Shown: in pieces, positions 58,567 through 64,000 of the stretch
How positions within the stretch are numbered: the first letter of the stretch is position 1
How the letters are laid out: every line of letters begins with the position of its first letter
Assembly: GCA_016188915.1 (NCBI GenBank)
Contig: JACPGU010000001.1
Location: forward strand, 34,111-98,110
Reading direction: 5' to 3'
DNA from: Candidatus Microgenomates bacterium
GTDB lineage: Bacteria > Patescibacteriota > JACPGU01
Length of the DNA: 64,000 nt
The notes under the pieces: model-generated
Seen by the model: only the letters and a program-made list of their open reading frames with translations
What the model was told of the DNA's origin: nothing
The model's database searches: none
Made by a program: the position numbers and the translations under genes

Positions 58567-59433
58567 TTGGAAATTAAAAATTTCAAATCTATGCCGTACC
58601 TTTCTATTCGCCATCAATCAAGAATTATTGTTCTCCAGTCTCTCTACGAGTGGGATTTTGATGAAACTAAAAATCCTCTAGATATTTTGAATCGCAACGT
58701 TAACACTTCTGGCTACAAAGTAGATGATGAGTTTTGTCAAAAATTGCTGTCTGGCGTGACTGATAAAATGAAAGATATAGATGAATTGATTAAAAAAACC
58801 GCTCCTGAATGGCCGCTAGAACAAGTAGCTGTTATTGACCGATCGGTTTTGCGGATCGGTATTTTTGAATTACTTTTTGACAATGAGGTGCCTCCCAAGG
58901 CCGTTATTAATGAAGCAGTAGAATTGGGTAAATCATTTGGTGGAGAAAATAGCGGTAAATTTGTTAATGGAGTTTTGGGCACAATTTATAGAAATAGCGC
59001 CAAATATGCCGAGGAAGAAATGGTGACTTCATCCGGCGGAATAGTTTATCGCCTAGACGAAAACAAAACTATTTATTTTTTGGCTATTAAAAATATTTAT
59101 AATAAATGGACATTCCCAAAGGGAAAGGTAGAAGAAGGTGAAACCTGGCAAGAAGCCGCTATTAGAGAAGTAAAAGAAGAGACAGGGATAGAATCGGTGG
59201 ATATCCAGGGAGAAATCGGCGACATCAAATTCACTGATAAATCTGACACAGAACCGATTAAAAAAACTGTTCATTTTTTCTTAATGCGAACGGAACAGAG
59301 AGAAACTAAAAAAAATGATGTCAAAGAGCATATCAATGATGTCGCTTGGATGACGGAAGAAAAATTGCGTCAAAATTTAGATTATCCGAATTTGGTTGAG
59401 CTTTTAGACAAAGCGAAAGAAATGATGGAATAA
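58567..59433 (+). CDS. nusB: NusB domain fused to a C-terminal NUDIX hydrolase domain. The probable start is ATG 58591; the first 8 codons of the ORF-track start derive from an AAAATT array.
   Basis: NusB region (QSRIIVLQSLYEWDF...) of about 150 aa, then the NUDIX box GKVEEGETWQEAAIREVKEETGI within one 288-aa ORF. Confidence 0.65.
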   Translation: MEIKNFKSMPYLSIRHQSRIIVLQSLYEWDFDETKNPLDILNRNVNTSGYKVDDEFCQKLLSGVTDKMKDIDELIKKTAPEWPLEQVAVIDRSVLRIGIFELLFDNEVPPKAVINEAVELGKSFGGENSGKFVNGVLGTIYRNSAKYAEEEMVTSSGGIVYRLDENKTIYFLAIKNIYNKWTFPKGKVEEGETWQEAAIREVKEETGIESVDIQGEIGDIKFTDKSDTEPIKKTVHFFLMRTEQRETKKNDVKEHINDVAWMTEEKLRQNLDYPNLVELLDKAKEMME

Positions 59434-59604
59434 GCGATGGCATAATTTTTGAATTTTGTAATTTTTAATTTTTAAACAAATTTTTAATTTCTTAATTTTT
59501 AAACATTAAAAATTGAAACATTATTTACAAAATTACAAAATTAAAAATTTTAAAAATTAATAACATGCGCTGTTCAATGTAGCTGTTTTGACAAAACAGC
59601 AATA

Positions 59605-60327
59605 ATGATTAGCGAAGAAAGGATTATTATGGAAGCAAAATTATCGAATATTGAGAAAAAAATAGGCGTTACTTTCAAGAATAAAGATCTGCTACAGCAA
59701 GCTTTTGTCCATAGATCGTATCTCAATGAAAACAAAGATTTTCGTCTAGACCATAATGAGAGGCTAGAATTCCTCGGCGATGCTTGTCTGGAATTGATCG
59801 TGACGGACTATTTGTATAATAATTTTCCCAATCCAGAAGGCGAGCTGACGAACTGGCGCGCGGCTCTGGTGCGGGGTGCGATGATCTCGCAAATCGCGAA
59901 GAAATTAGGCTACGAAGACTATCTCCTGCTCTCTCGTGGTGAAGCGAAATCTACTGGCAGAGCGAGAGAACTCATTTTGGCCAATACTTTTGAGGCGGTA
60001 CTGGGCGCTGTCTATCTGGACAAGGGCTACAAAGCGGCGGACAAATTGGTCAAAAAGCATCTCCTCCCCCGCTTGCCCGAGATTTTGGACAAAAAGCTCT
60101 ATAACGATCCGAAATCGATGTTCCAAGAAGTGGTGCAAGAAAAAACCGGCATCACGCCAGTTTATAAATTGGAACACGAAGAAGGCCCCGATCACGCCAA
60201 GGTTTTCACCATGGCGGTCTTCGTGGGCGAGAAAAGGATAACCGAAGGTAAGGGCTATTCCAAGCAAATAGCCGAGCAAGAAGCGGCTCAAAAAGCGATA
60301 GAAATCTGGGCCGAAACGCTGGAATGA
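59605..60327 (+). CDS. rnc: Ribonuclease III.
   Basis: ERLEFLGDACLEL RNase III signature; C-terminal dsRBD. Confidence 0.9.
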   Translation: MISEERIIMEAKLSNIEKKIGVTFKNKDLLQQAFVHRSYLNENKDFRLDHNERLEFLGDACLELIVTDYLYNNFPNPEGELTNWRAALVRGAMISQIAKKLGYEDYLLLSRGEAKSTGRARELILANTFEAVLGAVYLDKGYKAADKLVKKHLLPRLPEILDKKLYNDPKSMFQEVVQEKTGITPVYKLEHEEGPDHAKVFTMAVFVGEKRITEGKGYSKQIAEQEAAQKAIEIWAETLE

Positions 60328-60339
60328 AGCCAAAGATGT

Positions 60340-60379
60340 TATAAAAAACCGCCCCTAGAGACGGTTTTTTTACTTCCAC
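60340..60379. terminator. Bidirectional terminator (aaaaaaccgcccctagagacggtttttttac) between the convergent rnc and dacA-like genes.
   Basis: Stem with A/T-runs on both sides. Confidence 0.55.
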
Positions 60380-61314
60380 TCAATATTCCCCCAAACCCAT
60401 TGAATCAGCTTCTTGGTATCAGTAAAGCGATCGGACGAACCTAGGATAACCGTTATTATTTCATGGCCATCTTTTTCCGTCAAAGTTATCAGGCACTCCC
60501 CTGCCCCTGGCGTAGAGCCAGTTTTTAACCCTAAAATATTTAGCTCCCCATCTTTCAATAATTGGTTGGTAGTAGTCAAAGTATGCGTCGTTTTCCCATC
60601 TATTGAATAAACTGTTTTTTCTGGCATTTTCACCACTTCAGCAATGAAATCATTTTTTTCAGCAAAATTGGCTAAATAAGCCAAATCCTTTACCGTTGAA
60701 TAGTTTTCCGCGTTATCCAACCCGATAACATTAGAAAAATTAGTCTGAAGCATACCTAATTCTTTTGCTTTTTGATTCATAAGAGAGACAAAAGAATTGT
60801 TTGTCTGTTCTTCCACAAAATCAGCCAAGGCTAAAGCCGCGTCATTGGCCGAACTGATCAAAACGCCATTCAGTAAATCTTCTACTTTTATTTTTTCTCC
60901 GATAAAAAGCCCCATTTTACCAGGAGAAACATTAGCGTAGTCGTTATTTATTGTTACTATTTCCCCTGTCTTGATCTGTTCCAACGCGACAGTAGCTGTC
61001 ATTATTTTCGTAAGGCTTGCGATGAAAAGTTTTTGATCTGTATTTTTTTCCAAAAGAGGAGACAAAGTTTCTCTGTCCAAAATGATATAGGAGAAGGCAT
61101 CGATTGCCAAAGCTTCTTTCCCTGTGATCTGCGGGATGGAGATATTCTTTTTGGGTGGGGCAAAATATCTGCTCCAAGACAGAGATTTTTTATTCAAAAA
61201 GCTATCTGATGGAATGTAGTTTTTTTGACCAAAGCTATAAGCTGTCAGCGTTGTTATGCCAGCCGTAAAAATCAGCAATATGAAAATATAGTATTTATAG
61301 CTTTTTTTAAACAT
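60370..61314 (-). CDS. D-alanyl-D-alanine carboxypeptidase (peptidase S11, PBP5-like), membrane-anchored.
   Basis: SLTK (SxxK), SSAND (SxN), KTG motifs; N-terminal TM helix. Confidence 0.75.
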   Translation of the reverse strand: MFKKSYKYYIFILLIFTAGITTLTAYSFGQKNYIPSDSFLNKKSLSWSRYFAPPKKNISIPQITGKEALAIDAFSYIILDRETLSPLLEKNTDQKLFIASLTKIMTATVALEQIKTGEIVTINNDYANVSPGKMGLFIGEKIKVEDLLNGVLISSANDAALALADFVEEQTNNSFVSLMNQKAKELGMLQTNFSNVIGLDNAENYSTVKDLAYLANFAEKNDFIAEVVKMPEKTVYSIDGKTTHTLTTTNQLLKDGELNILGLKTGSTPGAGECLITLTEKDGHEIITVILGSSDRFTDTKKLIQWVWGNIEWK

Positions 61315-62042
61315 TATTTTTTCAAAATATCTATTTCTTTTTTAGTTAATTTCTTATATCGGCCTTTGCCTAAGTCTCCCAAAGATAAATGCCCGAATCT
61401 TATTCTTTTTAGAGACAGAACCTCCAAGCCTAAGACTTCACACATTCGTCTGATTTGCCTATTCCATCCTTGATGTAAAACTATTTTTAATTCTACCCTA
61501 TCCCCGCTCTCTTTAACAATCTCCACTTTGTCCGCCTTGGCTAGACCCTCTTTAAGCTCAACTCCCTTTATGAACTCGTTCCGAATGGAGCCGATATTCT
61601 TGAATCTTGAATCTTGAATCTTGAATCTGCCACTTACTAGATACTCTTTCTCCTTCTCATACCGCGGGTGCGTCAATTTATTGGCCAAATCGCCATCATT
61701 GGTAAAAAGGAGCGCTCCGGAAGTATCGTGATCGAGCCTACCGACCGAAAAAACTCTAGGGTTTTTTGGCACCAAATCTACCGCCTTTTTCCGTCCAAAA
61801 GGATCGAGAGAAGTAGTAATATAGCCGACCGGTTTATTGAGTAAATAATAAACCTTCTCCCCTTCCATCTGCACTTGTTTGCCACCGACAAAAATTCGGT
61901 CTTGTTCCGTATCCACTTGGAAGCCCATTTCTGTCACCACCACCCCATTCACGGACACTTGACTATTTTTCATTAGTTCTTCTGCTCCTCTGCGAGAAGA
62001 AACGCCACTTGACGCCAAGAATTTATTGAGACGCACCTGCAT
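61314..62042 (-). CDS. Pseudouridine synthase, RsuA/RluB family, with an in-frame (cttgaatc)n microsatellite insert.
   Basis: S4 domain N-terminus; VGRLDHDTSGALLFTNDG catalytic motif. Tandem 8-mer at 61597-61627 encodes RFKIQDSRFKN. Confidence 0.8.
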   Translation of the reverse strand: MQVRLNKFLASSGVSSRRGAEELMKNSQVSVNGVVVTEMGFQVDTEQDRIFVGGKQVQMEGEKVYYLLNKPVGYITTSLDPFGRKKAVDLVPKNPRVFSVGRLDHDTSGALLFTNDGDLANKLTHPRYEKEKEYLVSGRFKIQDSRFKNIGSIRNEFIKGVELKEGLAKADKVEIVKESGDRVELKIVLHQGWNRQIRRMCEVLGLEVLSLKRIRFGHLSLGDLGKGRYKKLTKKEIDILKK

Positions 62043-62043
62043 A

Positions 62044-62556
62044 TTACTCCCACACTACATACACGTACTTCTGTCCGCGACCGAATTTGTAAGAAGTCTT
62101 ACTCTGGTATTGTTTTTCCAAATGCTCGCCAATCATTCGCGCCAGGAAAACACTGGCGGTGAAAACCTTCCACATATTTTTGAATTTTTGGATTTTGACC
62201 ACACGGTTACGACAATCATCATCTAGGGCCTTTTTTTCTTGATTTTTGATCATATTTTCTATTTGTTGAGGCACCAGAAAGGTAATCCTATTTTTCAAAA
62301 CCACCTCTCCTTCCACCCAGCCATTTTTGACAGCTTCGCATCCCGGACATAATTTTTCCAGGTATTCTTTTTTCTTACTCTCCAAAATCTCCGCATCGTG
62401 AAACCAACGTTTTTTTGTCTGTATTATGCCACATTCTGGACAAACCAAAATAGCCGGAGAGCTTTTCCTCTTCGGGTCTTTGGTCGTTGGTGCCGCCTGT
62501 CCATAGGCAGTTTTTTCCGGCGACTGGCTGTGATCGCGAGAATCTCGTATAGACAT
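62044..62556 (-). CDS. Hypothetical zinc-ribbon protein (170 aa).
   Basis: CPEC...CPGC pair; no recognised family. Confidence 0.4.
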   Translation of the reverse strand: MSIRDSRDHSQSPEKTAYGQAAPTTKDPKRKSSPAILVCPECGIIQTKKRWFHDAEILESKKKEYLEKLCPGCEAVKNGWVEGEVVLKNRITFLVPQQIENMIKNQEKKALDDDCRNRVVKIQKFKNMWKVFTASVFLARMIGEHLEKQYQSKTSYKFGRGQKYVYVVWE

Positions 62557-62599
62557 GAAAAATTATGGGTAAATAAAAACCTTTTTTGTTTCTAGTTAT

Positions 62600-62881
62600 C
62601 TAGCAACACTCACATTTGCCACCGTTATCATGAGAACATTTTTTTGCCTTGACTACCAAAAGATAGATGATTTCCAAAATACCCAAAGTATTGATAAAAA
62701 CAAATACCCAGAACCAAACCTTTTGTCCGTTGCGCGCGCTACGCCAGAGTGCCGCGCCTTTGAGCAAAATCAATAGCAACAAAGCCGCAACCAAAAGACC
62801 GGCAAACAAAGACAAATAACTAGCCGGCACATTCAAATAATTAGCTAGTTCCGCTATTGGATCTATCCCTAAATTCTGCAT
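62600..62881 (-). CDS. Small membrane protein with a C-terminal Cys cluster (CSHDNGGKCECC).
   Basis: Two TM helices; 93 aa. Confidence 0.4.
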   Translation of the reverse strand: MQNLGIDPIAELANYLNVPASYLSLFAGLLVAALLLLILLKGAALWRSARNGQKVWFWVFVFINTLGILEIIYLLVVKAKKCSHDNGGKCECC

Positions 62882-62906
62882 AAAACTCCTTCCTTTATTA
62901 AAATTA

Positions 62907-64000
62907 CTATTTTTTTGTTTCTATGTGAACTTCTTTAAGCGCTTTTTTGTCTACCTCTGAAGGCGCCCCCATCATCGGATCTCGCGCATCGCCAGTTTTT
63001 GGGAAAGCCATTACTTCGCGAATATTCGGCTCATTTTGTAAAATAGCCATCAACCTGTCTAGCCCGCCGGCAATGCCTCCATGCGGCGGCGCGCCGTATT
63101 CAAAAGCCTCTAGCATATGGCCAAAACGCAAGGATATTTCTTTGTCGCCAATACCCAAAATCTGAAAAATCTTATTTTGCAAATCTTTTTTGTGTATTCT
63201 GACGGATCCGCCGGCTATTTCAAATCCGTTTAGTGCCAAATCGTAAGCCTGTGCCTTGACCTTTTCCGGACTACTGTCTAGTAGATCCATATCTTCTTCC
63301 TTGGGTGCGGTAAACGGATGGTGGGAAGACACTAATTTTTTCTCTGTTTCTGATTTCTCAAACAAAGGAAAGTCCACTATCCAGCAAAAAGCTAGCTCAT
63401 TTGGATTACTTTTATCCTCTCTTAAATCTGGTTTGTCTGTACTATATTTTTTCATAACTTCATCATAGGTGATTACTGGAAAAGGTGTTTTGGTGATAGT
63501 TTTTTCCGGATAAAATTCCTTGATCAGGCCGATCAAACAATTTTCTAAAAGTTTTCTTATTTCAGATTCGTCGGCAAAGCTCATCTCAATATCCAATTGC
63601 GTGAATTCCGGCTGTCTGTCTCCTCTTTGATCTTCATCGCGGAAACATTTGACTATCTGAAAATACCTTTCCAATCCTGCTACCATCAAGAGTTGCTTGA
63701 ATTGCTGAGGGCTTTGGGGCAAAACAAAAAATTCTCCAGGATAAAGTCTTGACGGAACGATATATTCGCGGGCGCCTTCGGGCGTGCCCTTGGTGAGAGT
63801 CGGTGTTTCTATTTCTACGAAATCGTTTTTTGAGTAAAAATCACGGATATAATTAACTGTTTTGGCTCTTTGGACCAGATTGGTTCGCATCCTTTCTGAG
63901 CGGAGGTCTAGATAGCGATATTTTAGGCGTAATTCCTCATTTATCCCTAGGGTATCTTTGTCTATTTCGAAAGGCGGGGTCTTGGCTTCGTTTAATATCG
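62907..64000 (-). CDS. aspS: Aspartyl-tRNA synthetase; the 3' ~365 codons lie in the window (5' end beyond it).
   Basis: Class II motifs ([13 protein letters not shown]; [10 protein letters not shown]; [10 protein letters not shown]). The reading frame stays open to position 64000 (…[16 protein letters not shown]...). Confidence 0.85.
   Translation of the reverse strand, partial: ILNEAKTPPFEIDKDTLGINEELRLKYRYLDLRSERMRTNLVQRAKTVNYIRDFYSKNDFVEIETPTLTKGTPEGAREYIVPSRLYPGEFFVLPQSPQQFKQLLMVAGLERYFQIVKCFRDEDQRGDRQPEFTQLDIEMSFADESEIRKLLENCLIGLIKEFYPEKTITKTPFPVITYDEVMKKYSTDKPDLREDKSNPNELAFCWIVDFPLFEKSETEKKLVSSHHPFTAPKEEDMDLLDSSPEKVKAQAYDLALNGFEIAGGSVRIHKKDLQNKIFQILGIGDKEISLRFGHMLEAFEYGAPPHGGIAGGLDRLMAILQNEPNIREVMAFPKTGDARDPMMGAPSEVDKKALKEVHIETKK

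Overview
This is a gene-dense, AT-rich (roughly 38% GC by eye) bacterial window. Its content and style resemble a small-genome Patescibacteria/CPR-like organism, though that placement is only inference from gene repertoire.

Core housekeeping genes make up most of the window. These include the ribosomal/transcription cluster rplU-secE-nusG-rplK-rplA-rplJ-rplL on the minus strand, with the divisome genes ftsA and ftsZ further on. Four aminoacyl-tRNA synthetases are present: ileS, hisS, leuS, and a 3'-truncated aspS at the window edge. Also identified are tgt, cca, clpC, nusA, radA, rnc, rpmF, rluB, DacA-like carboxypeptidase, UDG, MPG glycosylase, cyclophilin, peptidase U32, and a RumA-like methyltransferase. 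I found no rRNA, tRNA or CRISPR array.

The most unusual locus is at the left end (1-8.9 kb). Two divergent, membrane-anchored VirB4/TraG-HerA-superfamily ATPase paralogs (918 and 835 aa) flank a VirB2/TrbC-like pilin candidate. Between them also sit two tiny hydrophobic peptides with strong ribosome-binding sites, three unknown proteins, and an ~870-bp non-coding stretch carrying twin 13-bp palindromes and nested inverted repeats. This reads as a type-IV-secretion-like or DNA-transfer module.

The window is also full of short repeat families that sit both between genes and in frame inside conserved genes. A composite element with a ~65-nt conserved core occurs three times (inside cca, inside the rRNA methyltransferase, and in the rplJ-rplL spacer) and is flanked by AAAATT-type microsatellite arrays. 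Other in-frame palindromic insertions sit in ileS and tgt, and AAAATT-derived K/I/N-rich inserts sit in U32, tgt, rluB and the NusB and L12 N-terminal regions. TTAATAC heptad arrays lie immediately 5' of the clpC, nusA, rpmF and nucleotidyltransferase start codons. TTAGAAA/TTAGGTCAA arrays lie upstream of three minus-strand genes. One palindromic operator-like motif is shared by two loci.

Other oddities are two proteins built from perfect tandem repeats, an apparent NusB-NUDIX fusion, and GC-rich islands of unknown function.
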